A DNA stretch of 64,000 bases from positions 624,154,001 to 624,218,000 of the forward strand of contig NC_067400.1 of assembly GCF_016432865.1 (NCBI RefSeq). Direction: 5' to 3'. Under the pieces are notes generated by a model. It worked only from the letters and a program-made list of their open reading frames with translations. It was not told the origin of the DNA and did not search any database. Both the position numbers and the translations under genes were made by a program. This DNA is from Antechinus flavipes. Its lineage: Eukaryota. Positions 1 to 14,600 of the stretch are shown piece after piece; positions within the stretch are counted from its first letter, which is position 1, and each line of letters begins with the position of its first letter.

Positions 1-43
1 GCCTGGCTAGTAACTAGCGGCTCCGGCCGCGCCCAGTGCTCAC

Positions 44-2538
<2,495 letters not shown>

Positions 2539-4363
2539 GCGGCTGAAACTCAGCACAGCCCCAGGGGATCCCCAACGGGGCTCCTCTGGGCGCGTCCCTA
2601 AAGGCAATGGTCAAAAGCCCTGATCTGGGAGTTCCACGGGACCCCCAAGCGCTAACTGCCATCCGAAGCCAGGTAACGTTAGGGGACCCCAGGATGGGAG
2701 AAATCTCAAAGCCCCCCGCTGAGGGGGTTCCCCTTAATAGAATGAGGCCTTTCTCTGGATCCTCCGGTTCCTCATTTGCAAGATTCTTGGAGGAATTAGA
2801 CTAGGCATTTCTGAAGTTCCCTCCCCCTGATCCTTTGGGAAGTGATCCTCAAACACGGAAAAGATCCCAAAGCACCGTAAAATTGGAGGCTGGGGTGTTA
2901 CTCCGGGGCTGGGTTGGCCCTATTTCCACCTAGCTCCTGGGAAGGACAGGAGGAAGGTCTTCGAGGGGGATTGCCAAGAGGGAGGGAGCGGTTGGAGGGA
3001 TCAGTCTAGTTCTTGGGTCCAGAAGATCACCACCCACCTTGCAGGCGCGCCGCCTTAACTACATCACCCATAAGTCACCGCGTCTCAGACACAGTGGTTC
3101 TGGAAGGTCACCGCTCCCTGGGCGCTGCTGGGAAGTGTAGTCCCACAGCTTCCAGGAACGCTGGGGGAGAGATTATTCCCAGACCAGTTCCCCTTTTCGT
3201 CGACGAGCTGCCGTAGAGGATCTCCGAGCCCTTATTGAGATCCGGGAATGCGGGCCAGGTCAGAGAACGACCATGTGGACCGTTCCCTTCTCCACGGACC
3301 TCGGACGCCGCTCCCCGCCCCCGTTCTATCGGACGCTGATTGGTGGGTTCCCTTGGGGGTGGGCAGGGGCGCCTCTCTGTGACTCATAGGGCCGTGGAAT
3401 CCCGGACTGCGACTGGGAGTCGTGGGAAACACCGGAGCGGGTCAAGCTCCTCTCCTCCCACGCCCCACTGCGACCCGAGTGAGCAGTGCGGCCCTAGGAC
3501 TACGACTCCCAGCAAGCCCTGGGACAGTTGCTTCCTTGACCGAGAGAACTCCGAACCTAGGGAGCTTCTGGGGGATGCAGTCTATCCCGTACAGTGCGTT
3601 TCCCATTAAGACTAGGGGCGCCGGAGCAGAACAGGAGGGTGTTGGGGAGGTCCCAGAGGGGCGGACATGGGGAGGGGACCCAAGGGTCCCGGACGGGCGG
3701 GCACTGGGGCCCCGAGAGGATGGGAGTGCAGACAGGACCGAGCGTTTGAGCCCCCGCCCCCGCCAATACTAGAATTTCCAGTTCTCCCGCCTCTGCATTC
3801 TGGAAGCCCAGGTCTCCTTGGGACCAGAGAAGGCTGGACCCCTAACTCCCAGGAGCCTCTGGGGCTCAGCCAAATTTGGAATGAGTGAGGATGAAGGGCC
3901 AGCTCCCTTGGGAGTAGTAAACCTCCCCCCCATCACAACGCCCCCTCCCCCAAAAAAATAAAGCCTAGAAAGTTCTACAAAGGATTTTTTTTAATCGATT
4001 TTTTGTTGTTGTTAAATACAATGTTTCCTAATATTTAAGTCCCTGAGATGAATCCAGGAAGCTAACCACTCCTCTCTCCCCCGATCTTTTGGGCCCTTGT
4101 AGGGCTGAGGCTGGCTTCTGTTCTCTGGGTCCCTTCTTTTCCCTGGCACAGGTGAGAAAACTGAGGCAGTGACGGGCCTGAGAAGCCCCCCGGTCTAGTC
4201 GCAGAGTCTCTATGTTGCTTCTAGGGCTAGCCAGCTCCTGCCGGTCTCTTCTGGCCTTGGTTTTCTCCTCCGTGAAAGGGAACGAGAAGTGTGGGAGTTT
4301 GCAGCTCTTATGGCTGAGTCCCACAGTCCGGTTCTTCCTGGAAGGACTTCAACAATAGACCTG

Positions 4364-4455
4364 CATTTTGCAAAATGAGGAAACTGAGGATCAAGCCAAG
4401 GCCGCCCTTCCCCGAGGTCACCCAGGGCCAGGCTGGGAGCCCGAGTCTCCTACAA
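4364..4455 (-). mobile_element. MIR fragment
   Basis: ttttgcaaaatgaggaaactgagg...aggtcacccagg is the reverse-orientation MIR core. Confidence 0.6.
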
Positions 4456-4693
4456 GCCAGTGCCTTAGAATTGATAAACCTTCGCATCCAGCAAGGGCTC
4501 GCCGGGCTTTGAGCGTCTCTCCCCTGGGGAAGACAAAGCCATCCCAAGTCTGGGGGCAGCAAGCCCTGGCCCATCCCTGAAGGACGTGACCGTGGGCGGC
4601 CCGGGGCCCGGGCGAGCTCTCGTCCTCCCGCTGAGATGCTGGTTCTCGCCGTTACTGGGAGCGGCTCCGCGGCGGGGAAAGCGTCGCAGCCCG

Positions 4694-5788
4694 TCAGTGC
4701 AGGAGCGGGGAGAGGTCTGCGGGGATGCCCATCCACTCGGGCAGGAAGGCAGCCTGGGGCTTGAACACCTTCAGGAACTGGGAGTCGGGGAGCGTGTAGT
4801 TGGCCAGGTAGATGGTCTTCCCCGCGGCCAGATAGGCGGCCCAGTAGCCAAAGGTGCCGATGGTCATGACCGTGTGGTTGCACTGGGTCAGCAGCGCGAA
4901 GTCTGAGCCGGGGGCCGCCTCGTCTCCGTCGCCGGCGAACACCACGTCTCCCCTGGAGGGGCTGATGTGCTCTCGGCACCACTCCATGCCGTTGCTGGTC
5001 ACCACGAAGACCACGGCCGGGTAGCGGGCCCGGAACCAGGCCAGGGCGCGCTCCAGGTAGGCCGCGTCGGCCACCACGCCCCGCCAGTGCCCGGGCATCT
5101 CCTTCACGTAGTCGCCCCTGCGGACGTGGACCCCCACGAAGACCAGGTCCGGGCCGCCGCCCCGGCTGTGGCGCACCCAGTGCAGGAAAGCCTGGGCGTC
5201 TTCTCGGACGTGCCGGTGCAGGGAGAACTCGCGGCGGATCTCGGCCCGCAGGTGGTGGTAGAAGGTCCAGGAGCAGGGGAAGCCGGTGAAGCGCAGCGCG
5301 TCCCGGTCCCCCAGGCGGCCGTACTCCTCGGCCATCCAGTCTCGGAGAGGGTAGAGGCTCCAGGGCACGCGGGAGGCCGCCGAGGCGTCCAGCACCGGGA
5401 GCGTGAGCTTGAAGACCGGGGCCAGGGTGGCGTGCATGTCGGGCAGGATGAAGGCCTGCTTCCCGTTCAGCCGGGCCAGGGCGTACAGCGTGGCGTACTG
5501 GCCCATCTGGTTCCCGAAGCGCCCCTCCGGCTGGACGGTCCACATGCCCGGCTCGCGGCCGGCCCGGGGCCGGGGGGGCGCCGAGGAGCCGTTGGCGGCC
5601 GGAGGGGTCCCCGGCAGGCAGAAGAAGGCCACTCGGGTCAAGCCGGGACACTGCTGCTGGCACAGAGCCGAGAAAACCCACCTGGGGGAGAGGCCGCCCC
5701 TGCGGAGGTGCAGCAGGAAGGAGGCCACCGAGAGCAGCGAGGCCCCCACGAAGGCCCAGCACAGCTGCCGGCGCGACGGGAGCCACAT
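4694..5788 (-). CDS. FUT1: Galactoside alpha-(1,2)-fucosyltransferase 1 (H enzyme), single coding exon, 364 aa
   Basis: ATG at 5788 directly after a polypyrimidine-AG acceptor (ccATG). N-terminus [13 protein letters not shown]; GT11 motifs [43 protein letters not shown] 72-nt 5'UTR intron (5791-5862) has a gtgagt donor. Confidence 0.97.
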   Translation of the reverse strand: MWLPSRRQLCWAFVGASLLSVASFLLHLRRGGLSPRWVFSALCQQQCPGLTRVAFFCLPGTPPAANGSSAPPRPRAGREPGMWTVQPEGRFGNQMGQYATLYALARLNGKQAFILPDMHATLAPVFKLTLPVLDASAASRVPWSLYPLRDWMAEEYGRLGDRDALRFTGFPCSWTFYHHLRAEIRREFSLHRHVREDAQAFLHWVRHSRGGGPDLVFVGVHVRRGDYVKEMPGHWRGVVADAAYLERALAWFRARYPAVVFVVTSNGMEWCREHISPSRGDVVFAGDGDEAAPGSDFALLTQCNHTVMTIGTFGYWAAYLAAGKTIYLANYTLPDSQFLKVFKPQAAFLPEWMGIPADLSPLLH

Positions 5789-6416
5789 GGCTGGGGAGAG
5801 AAGGCGGGCGCCGGGGCGGGGAGGGCCCACTGCCTCGGATGGGGGGACGGAGGCCGACTCACCTGGGCCCCGGGCCCGGCCGCCTGCAGTCGGGGCAGCC
5901 CTCTCCTCGGCGCTGGCTCCGGGCAAGGGAGAGGCCGGCGGGAAGGGACGGGAAGGGATGGGGAGGCCGAGCTCCAGCCGCCGGCACCCAGCTCCTCCTC
6001 CCCTTCAGAGCAGCCTCATCCCTCGGTTGCCAGGCAATTCACGGAGCTCGGCTGCCTCGCCCAAGCCCGCGGTCCCTCCGGGCGGCCGCTGGGAGTCTCT
6101 CGGGGGCGGCCGCCTCGGTCCCTCAATCCCGGCCCAGGGAGGAGGCAGAAGGGGAGGGAGCCCTGAACCCACCCGCCAAGATGGGGGAGCCGGGAAGGGC
6201 TGTGGGAGCTGCATTAGGGTTCAAAGAACTGGTTCCTCCAGTTTGGGAGGGGAGGGATGAGCAGGAGTGTCACATGATCCCATCGTTTGTCTGCCGAGGA
6301 GAGAGGGTACCACCGGTGCTGGAAGGACCCAGCGTTGCCTTTCCCGCATCCATGGATCCCATCATTTAATAAACATTTATGAGACACCGGCTGTATGCCC
6401 GCCACCGTGGGCAGTC

Positions 6417-6517
6417 GCCACATCTGGGTCCCTGGCGCCACATCTGGGTCCCTGATGCCACATCTGGGTCCCTGGCGCCACATCTGGGTCCCTGGCACCA
6501 CATCCGGGTCCCTGGCG
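6417..6517. repeat. 20-bp minisatellite, about 5 copies
   Basis: Unit gccacatctgggtccctggc. Confidence 0.9.
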
Positions 6518-6685
6518 CCCCAGTCCCGGGGTCCCCAGTCACCTCTCCCCACCCGGGGCCGGCCCCTCCTTCCTCCCAGCCCTGACCTCCGGGAGCCTCC
6601 TAAAGCCTGGGTTTGAAGGTCCGGCGCCCAGGTGGTGAGACGGGCCCAGAGCGCTCTGGGAGGCAGGGCGGGCAAGCGCTCTACG

Positions 6686-7002
6686 GCGCCCCCTCGCGGC
6701 GGCCTGTTGGCCCTGGGAGCCGGCCCCTGGCTCTGGAAGCGTCCCTGCCCTTCGGCCGCGGCCGGTCACTGACCCGGAGAGAGCTTCTGGGCAGGAGTGG
6801 GAGGGCGGGGCCACGGAAACATGGACGTGACCCCCTGGATGCGGGAGGGGGGGGAGCGCGGAGAGCGCCGCTGGCGCCTTCTTGGAGCTGGGGCCCAGGG
6901 CAGCCCCTCCCCCGCCCCCTCGGGGCCAGCACAAGTCAGCAGCTTTCTCAGCCAAAGGGAGCCCACCTGCGGCAGGAGAGGGGGGCCGCCGGCAGGGGGC
7001 GC
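6686..7002. promoter_or_regulatory. Divergent pair of consensus CTCF motifs between FUT1 and FGF21
   Basis: CCGCGAGGGGGCGC on minus at 6686-6699 and CCGGCAGGGGGCGC on plus at 6989-7002. Confidence 0.65.
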
Positions 7003-7034
7003 CGACGTGCACCGGGGCCGCCGAGCGCTGCCGG

Positions 7035-7310
7035 CCTTCCCTCCTCCCGCTTTTCTCCTTCCCTCCCTTCCCTCCTTCTTGCTTTATCTCCCTTCCCTTC
7101 CCTCTTTCCTCCCTCCCCTTTTTCTTTGTCTGTCTTCCTTTCTTTCCTTCCCTCCATCCCTTCCTTCCTTCCCTCCTTCCTCCTTTTTGTCTTTTTCTCT
7201 TCCTTTCTTTCCCTCCTTTCCTTTCCCTCCATCCCTCCTTCCCTCCTTTCCTTCCCTCCATTCCGTCCTTCCTTCCTTCTTCCCTTCCTCCCTTAACTTT
7301 TTCCTTCTCT
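7035..7310. repeat. CT-rich low-complexity tract
   Basis: Polypyrimidine ttcc/ctcc runs. Confidence 0.9.
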
Positions 7311-7320
7311 CCATCCACGA

Positions 7321-7446
7321 AGCATTTGGGGTTAAACGACTTGCCCAGGGTCACTCAGGGAGCGTTAGGTGTCTGAGGTCCCACTTGACCTCAGTCCTCC
7401 TGGCTTCGGGGCTGCTGCTGCACCCACTGGGCCACCCGGCTGCCCC
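7321..7446 (-). mobile_element. Marsupial tRNA-derived CORE-SINE (Mar1/WSINE-like)
   Basis: Reverse complement reads ggggcagccgggtggcccagtgg...ccaggaggactgaggtcaagt...cctcagacac...gtgaccctgggcaagtcgtttaacccc, matching the marsupial SINE head and core. Confidence 0.8.
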
Positions 7447-8662
7447 CGAGTGTCAGTTTCCACCACTGATTTTTCTAAGATTTTGAATTCTAAGTTTCAG
7501 CTGTTTTTCTGCCGGCGGGCCCTGCCCCCATCCCTTGTCCGGCGCTCAAGGGCCCAGGTTACAGCCTCCCATTGCTCAGATCTTGCGGCCCCCGTTTTAT
7601 CCGGGTCCCCTCCTCAGGGCCTTCCCTCCCTGGGGCCCTTTCCCTCAGATTTCAGCTCACGCCTATCCGGGGTCCGATGTCCTGCCCCGGCCCACCTGCC
7701 ACCCCCTGCAATCCAATGCCTAGCCTCCCCTCCCCCCTTCCTAAAGGCCCCGGAGGGGGGGTTCTCGTCACTCTGGCCTCCGGCCTTTCCCCCCCAAACC
7801 CTCCGAGGTGTCGAGGAGGTTGAAGGCGCCCCGGACTCCCCTCTACCTCCTCAGGCCCGTCCATAGCTTCGGGAGCCCCCAACGGCCTCACTTGCCTCCT
7901 CTTGTTCCCAGGCCCTTGTCCTGACCCTTCCCAGAGCCCCGGAGTCAAGGGTCAGCCTGGGGGTTTTGCTCTGGGAAAAACCCTCAATGAAAGAAATGTG
8001 GCCATTGCATCAGGAGGTGGGGGGGGGATGAGGGCGGTGGGAGGGGAAACGCAGCCTTCGATTTGTGCCTTGTCGGGCCCGGCCTTGCAGCTCTAAAGCC
8101 CAGCTTGGGGAGACCCCCACCCCTGCCCCCTCCTTCCCCAGGAACGGGCTCCACAAGCTGGGGGACGCAGAGGCCCAGGCCCCTCCTCCCCGAGGACCCA
8201 GTTGTGTGGGCCCTGCCTTTTTGTGGGCACGAGAGAATGGGCCCCTAACTTCTCAGGGACCCCGAGGCCCAGGCCCCTCCCTCTTAGAGATGGCCATGTC
8301 CAAAGCCGCCTCCTCTTGGGGACCCAGGTGTCCAAGGATCTGGGGCTCCAGGTCTCTGCTTTCCCAGATTCAGGCACCGGGACCCCACTTATTCCAGAGC
8401 CGGCTGCAGAGCCCCGATTTCTTGGCGCCGCTCCCCCCCTTCCCGTTCTCACGGACCTCTTCATCTGGGCCCCTCCCCCTTCAGACACCTTGTGGCTAGC
8501 TCAGCTAAAGCTTGTCTGCCTTTCCCAGGGACTCGGGGCTCCCAGGGCTCCGGGCCCCGGCGGTCAGGACCCCCAGCCTCGAGGGACTCGGGCGTCTGCA
8601 TTCCCCTCGGGCACCGGGCATCGGAGCTCGCAGGCCATTGCCGCGCTTCCTGCCCCCCCCCA

Positions 8663-8787
8663 GTTGCATCATCCCTGTGGGGTGGTGGCTGCGCCACGGT
8701 GGAAGAGCCCGTGCAGGCCAAGTGGGTCAAGTTTCATGAAGATAGCAGGTGACCAGAGGTGGGCGGAGGGCCTGGACACGGGTATAA
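8663..8787 (+). promoter_or_regulatory. FGF21 proximal promoter: C/EBP-ATF (AARE) site, nuclear-receptor (RORE/DR1-like) site, TATA box
   Basis: GTTGCATCA (TGATGCAAC on minus) at 8663-8671; AAGTGGGTCAAGTTTCA at about 8719-8735; TATAA at 8783-8787. Confidence 0.7.
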
Positions 8788-9117
8788 GCCCCGGGGGCCT
8801 TCCCAGAGCAGCCACAGAGAACCCAGAGAGAGAGAGAGGAGGAACCAGCCCAGCCTCGACTCCAGAGCCCCAGGGAGCAGGTCTTCTGGACCCCGGTCCC
8901 CTCGGCCTCCCCGGCCTCCCTGCCCTTCCCAGCCTCCCCGGCCTCCCCGGCCTCCCTCCGCTCATCCTCTCCCCCAGGCCTTAGAGCACAAAGACCCCAG
9001 CAGGAGAGAGCCCAAGGTCTGGGGGCCGAGGCTGCCGGGCTCCTGAGTGTCTGGCCAGTGAGGTCCGGTCCCGTCTTTGAGGCGGAGACCCTCGGTCCTC
9101 CCTCCGCCGTGTCTGCC

Positions 9118-10811
9118 ATGGGCCCGAGGGAGCGAGCTCCCGGGTACCTGGCCCCGCTGCTGTCCCTGCTCCTGGCCTGCAGGGCCTCGGGCCACCCCCT
9201 CCCCGATTCCAGCCCCATGCTCCTGTTTGGGGGGCAGGTCCGCCTCCGGCACCTCTACATGGACATGGGCCAGGAGGCCGAGGCCCACGTGGAGCTGGGG
9301 CCCGACGGCGCGGTCCGGGCGGCGGCGCGCAGGAGTCCCAACAGTGAGTGCGGGCGGCCGAGGGCCGGGCGGGCCCCGACCCCCGCAGGGCCCCTGACCC
9401 TCCCTTCCCCCAGGTCTCCTGGAGCTGAAGGCCGTGAAGCCGGGCGTCGTCCGAATCCTGGCCGTCCACAGCTCTCGGTTTCTGTGTATGAGGCCCAACG
9501 GGGAGCTGTACGGAGCGGTGAGGCCCCGGGCCCAACTCGGCCTCCCCCGACCCCCAAGTTCCAGCTCTGCCCCAGCTGTCTGCCTTCACCCCCTCTGAGT
9601 CCCATCCGTACCCCGACCCTCTGCCTTCACCCCCTCTCTGAGTCCCATCCGTACCCGACCCTCTGCCTTCACCCCCTCTCTGAGTCCCATCCGTACCCGG
9701 CTCTCTGCCTTCACCCCCTCTCTGAGTCCCATCCGTACCCGGCTCTCTGCCTTCACCCCCTCTCTGAGTCCCATCCGTACCCGGCTCTCTGCCTTCACCT
9801 CCTCTGAGTCCCATCCGTACCGGCTCTCTGCCTTCACCCCCTCTCTGAGTCCCATCCGTACCCGACCCTCTGCCTTCACCCCCTCTCTGAGTCCCATCCG
9901 TACCCGGCTCTCTGCCTTCACCCCCTCTCTGAGTCCCATCCGTACCCGGCTCTCTGCCTTCACCTCCTCTGAGTCCCATCCGTACCCGGCTCTCTGCCTT
10001 CACCCCCTCTCTGAGTCCCATCCGTACCCGACCCTCTGCCTTCACCCCCTCTCTGAGTCCCATCCGTACCCGACCCTCTGCCTTCACCCCCTCTCTGAGT
10101 CCCATCCATACCCCGGCCGTCTGCCTTCACCCCGCTTTCAGCACCTGCTGTCCATCAGGCACTGGGGACGCAAAGCCGAGGCAAGAGTGCCAGGACTTCC
10201 TGGGGGACCCCCAAATATCCCACGGTTTCTAGGGAGTTTGGGGGAACACCTGGGTTGGGCTTGAAGGCTGTGCAGAAACAAGTGGGCACATTCCAGCAGG
10301 AGGGCCGGGGGTGACTAGAGAATGTCGGGGCACACCACGAAAGGCCTGGAGGTCCCCAAGGCAGGCGGGCTAAGAGGGGCTCACTCGGTGACCCGGGGGC
10401 GCCCCCTCCTTTCTGCCATCGCCTCCCCCCGCCGGGGCTCCTCAGCCTCAGTCCCAGCCGGCTCGGGTGCCCGTGTGGCCAGGGCCGCCCCTCCTGCCCC
10501 TCACTGACCGTGCCCTGTCCCCTCGTCCCCAGATACACTACGACCCTTCCGCCTGCAACTTTCGGGAGCGCCTGCTGGGGGACGGCTACAACGTGTACGA
10601 GTCCGAGGCTCACGGAAGGACCCTCCGCCTGCCCCCCAAGGCCGCCCCGGGACCCGCCGGACCTTCTCGCTTCCTGCCGCTCCCCGGCGACCGGCTGCCC
10701 GGCCCCGAGCCACCCTGGCCACAGGGTCCCGAGCCCCCGGACGTGGGCTCGGCGGACCCACTGAGCATGGTGGGGGGCTCGCAGGGCCGGAGCCCCAGCT
10801 TCTCCTCCTGA
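9118..10811 (+). CDS. FGF21: Fibroblast growth factor 21 (3 coding exons; 1-nt frameshift in exon 2 as assembled)
   Basis: Exons 9118-9343, 9414-9516, 10533-10811. Signal peptide + HPLPDSSP..GGQVRLRHLY, LLELKAVKPGV..RFLCM, ACNFRERLLGDGYNVY, C-terminal DPLSMVGGSQGRSPSFSS. AATAAA at 10916-10921. Exon 2 is 103 nt rather than the conserved 104. Confidence 0.96.
9580..10135. repeat. About 42-bp minisatellite, about 13 copies, in FGF21 intron 2
   Basis: Unit ctctgccttcaccccctctctgagtcccatccgtacccgg/ac. Confidence 0.95.
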
Positions 10812-10974
10812 GAGCGCCGGCCCCCCCAGCCCGGGCGGGCCCTGGCCACTATTTATTCCGAGGGCTGGGCACCTCAAGCCTTATTTATGTCCCTTTTCTA
10901 GTTTGTCTTCCGAGCAATAAAGCGCAACTTCTCAGTAGCAGATGGGCTGGGGGCACTTTTTGGGGTCCCCAAGG

Positions 10975-11215
10975 GGAGCTGATGGAGGAGGGACTTATGG
11001 AAGGAGAGGAGCTGATGTAAGGGGAGGGACTGACGAAGGGGGAGGAGCTGATAAAGGGGGTGGAGCTGATGGAGGGGGAGGAGCTGATGGAGGGGGAGGA
11101 GCTGGAGCTGATGTAGGGAAAGAGCTGATTGGGGGCACTGATGGAGAGGAGCTGATGTAGGGGAGGAGCTAATGGGGAGGAGCTGATAAAGGGGGAGGAG
11201 CTGGTGGAGGGGGGA
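10975..11215. repeat. Degenerate about 19-bp G-rich tandem repeat between the convergent FGF21 and BCAT2 poly(A) sites
   Basis: Recurring ggaggagctgatg(g/t)a(g)gg. Confidence 0.8.
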
Positions 11216-11602
11216 CAGCTCAGGGCCCAAACAAGAAAGCCTTTTATCCTTTGGCTTTTTATTTGGAAAATGCAGGAAAAAAATTAACTGCAACCAGAGG
11301 CTTCGGGGGCTGGGGGTGTGAGGGGGCCCCAGCTGCTCCCGGGGAAGCTGCTGGGGAACGGAGTGTGGTGCTCCCCGGGCGGGGGAGCCGGCCAGGCGCC
11401 TGGACGCTGACCGCTATGGCTTTGGGAGTGTAGCTTGGCTCGGGGCGCGGGGACCCAGGCGTCCCGGCACCCCGGCCTGGAGGAGAATATTGCACTTGGA
11501 GTCTTTGGCTGAGGAGGGGGAGAGGAGGCAGGGAGGGGACAAGTGTCCGAGAGCAGAGGTGGGGGAGGGCCCGAAGGAGGGGAGCCCGGCCGGCCCGCCA
11601 GC

Positions 11603-14600
11603 TCACACGGGGAACATCCACTCGTGGCTGCCGTCTCCGTACTGGGGAAGAGAGGGGGGTCCACGTGAGGCGGTGGTCGGAGCTCCCAGAAAGCTCTGGG
11701 GCTGAGGGGGAGGGGCTGCCGGCAGCCCAGGCCCCCTCTGGCCCAGCACCTACCTGGATGTCACTCAGAGCCTTCTGGAACCTGTGGATGAGCTCGAGCC
11801 CATTCTCCACGGTGGGAATATGAAGGTGCTGAGGAAGGGAAGGAACCCTGACTGAGAAAAGCCGGGCCCCTGGGGCGGGCCGGCTGGTCTCTGCCGCCCT
11901 GCTGGGGGGGGGGGTCTTACCTCCCCCTGGTACAGGACGCTGTCCACGGGGCACACCTGGCAGGCCGTGCCCGAGCCAAAGACCTCTCGCACCCGGCCCT
12001 CGCGGAGGGCCAGGACCAGCTCCGCCATGCACACCTTCCGCTCCGACACTCGGAACTCCCCCTGCGGAGGGCGGGCAGCAGGGGCGTCAGGAGGAGTGGG
12101 GGACACAGACAGCTGGGGGGGCAGGGAGAGTGGGGGACACAGACATGGGGGAGGGGGGAGCAGGGAGAGTGGGGGACACAGACAGCCAGAGGGGGGCAGG
12201 GAGAGTGGGGGACACAGACAGCCAGAGGGAGGGCAGGGAGAGTGGGGGACACAGACAGCCGGAGGAGGCAGAGAAGGACACCCAGGCCCCCCCACTCACC
12301 CACATCTGGGCCAGGTCTAGCAGGCTCTGCCGAGTCACCCCGGGGAGGATGATGCCGTCCAGTGGGGGAGTCACTAGCTCCAGCACTGGGGGGAGGGGAG
12401 TGATCATCAAACCCCACTCAGTCACCCCCCTGGGGTCTGCATCAGCTGCCTCCTCCTCCCCACCACCTCTCTCTGACCCCCCTCCCCCTCCCCGCCGGCA
12501 GCCCCCGCAGCAGCTCTGTCTCTGGGACCAGCCTCTCCTTAGGGAAGGAGGGAGGCACTTTGGAACTTCCAATGTAACAGAAGTAAATAGCCCTGGGGGG
12601 TGAGCGGAGCCCCTGGGAACGTCCCCCACGTGGCCCGGGAGCCCTCCTGGCCAGCGCTGGGGTGGCCCCCACAATCCCCTGTACCCGCCCCGGCCCCTGG
12701 CGGCGAGCACAGGCGGGAAGCTGATGGGCCCCCCTCACCGCCATCTTTGTGGGTCCAGAAGATGAAGATGTTCATGGTCCCTATCTCGGTGAGCTGGTGG
12801 TCCGGCCCATAGAGCCAGAGCACCTGCTCACAGCCCTCCTGGAGGGCGGCCTGCTGCACGAACACCGTGGGCCCGTAGTTCCTGCCGCGGGTGGGGAGGG
12901 GTCTCAGGGCTCACGGACCCGCCGGCCCGGGACCCACCCAGCCTCTCTCGCGGCCCCAGAGGAGACCCCCTCTCTCCCCCAGGGGGCATCCTTTCCCTGG
13001 CCCATCCCCCATCAAGACCGGCCACGACCCACCCCCGGGAGGGGCAAGGAGGGGGGCTGGAGCTGAGGGCGAAGGTCCTTGCGCTCACCCGCCCAGCTTG
13101 CAGTCGCCGACCCCTCCGGTCCAGGATCGGACGAAGCGGGGGTCGGCCAGCAGCGACACGGGCGTTAGGGCGTCCCCGGAGAAATAGGAGCCCACGGGAC
13201 ACAGGATGACGTAGAGCAGCGCTTTCAGGGGGGGGTGGACGCCCAGGCAAGCCTTGGGAACGGAGCGCCGTCAGGAGCCGGGCAGCGCGCTCCTCCCCGC
13301 GGGCACCCGGGGTCACCCTGCGCTCTTCCGGGCGCTCCTTCCCACGCGGGGACCCACGTGTCGCCCAGCCCCTCCTCTCAGGGACCCCCGGACCCTCCCC
13401 TCCCCCAGGGCCACCTCGTTGCCGATGAAGGTGGGCCGGATGTAGAGGCTGGCCTTCCTTTTGTCCCCGCTGGGCACCCACTGCACGTCGATCTCCACCA
13501 GGCGCCGGATACACTCCAAGAGTTCCAGCTTGTCAAAGGCCTGCAGGGGAGGCCACCCCCCCGGAGGAGCTAGAGCGGGCCGGGCCCTGCGGCCGGGCCC
13601 CCACTGCTTCGGAGGGGCGCGCGCTCAGAGGGGGCGGGGGAGGGGGAAGGGCCCCGGCCCGGGGCTCCGTCTCACCGGGAGGCAGAGCCGCAGGGAGGAG
13701 CGCAGCATGCGGTCCATGTTGAGCCAGGGCCGGAAGAGGCGCACTCGCTGGTCCTTGCCCCGAAAAGCCTTCATGCCTTCAAAGAGCTGCAGGGAGAACA
13801 CGCGGCCAGCAGGGGGCGCCGCTGAGGCTCCGGGGGGCTGGTCACCTCAGCGCGCGCCCCCCGGAGGGGGCGGGGCGGAGCACTTTTACCGCTCGCACGT
13901 CCCGCGACCCTCCAGTAAGCCTGCGAGGCACGCGCCGCCACCTGAGGCAGAGCGGGGCCGCGGACGGGTCACCCAGAAGAGGGGGCGGGCACATCGTTTC
14001 GTTGGGCCGTCCCTCACACGTGGCCGGGGTCTCGCCGGGGGCTTCCCTGCCACCCCCTCCTCCTCTCCCAACACCGAGGGCTTAGTCCTAGGAGCCGGAC
14101 CCCCGCCCCCTCTGGAGGGGGCCGGACGGGGCAGGGCGCTGAGATCCCATCACCCCCCGCGTCCCGGGAGCCCCGAAGCCCTTTACGGATCCAGGATCAC
14201 GAGGGCTGAAGGACGGGCTGCCCCGGCCGGCGGTGATCCGCCCCCGCTCTGGGATCGCTTCCTCCTTCCCTCAACACTCATTAACCTCCCCTGCAGCGGT
14301 TTATGAGCCCCAAGCGCTGGGAGGCAATCTCGGTCTGGCTCGTGGGGGGCGGGGAGGAGGGGGGGCAGCATCCAAGCTCGGTGACCTGCGTCAAAGGACC
14401 CGGGGCGCGACTGCCTTGTGATGCAGGCCCGTCATTGGACCGAGTGAGGGGGCGGGGCTTAACGCAGCTCCTGCCGGAGCTCACGCCGCCGCTCAAAGCC
14501 CCTCCTAAGACTTCATTCTGTAATTGTCTCCCCGTCTCCCCCTTCAAGGCTTCAAACACAAAAGCCTCAGAGCCTGGGGGGGGGGGTAGCTCAAAGCACC

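Noticed and set aside
4308-6260. Long ORFs overlapping FUT1 (4308-5786, 4967-6166, 5403-6260)
   Set aside because: Alternative-frame or antisense shadows of the GC-rich FUT1 exon, with no homology cues.
6417-6517. Short direct repeats superficially like a CRISPR array
   Set aside because: Head-to-tail units without unique spacers in a vertebrate genome; an ordinary minisatellite.
8981-10105. Repetitive ORFs (MGLREGVKAE..., GTDGTQRGG...)
   Set aside because: Translations of the 42-bp intronic minisatellite.
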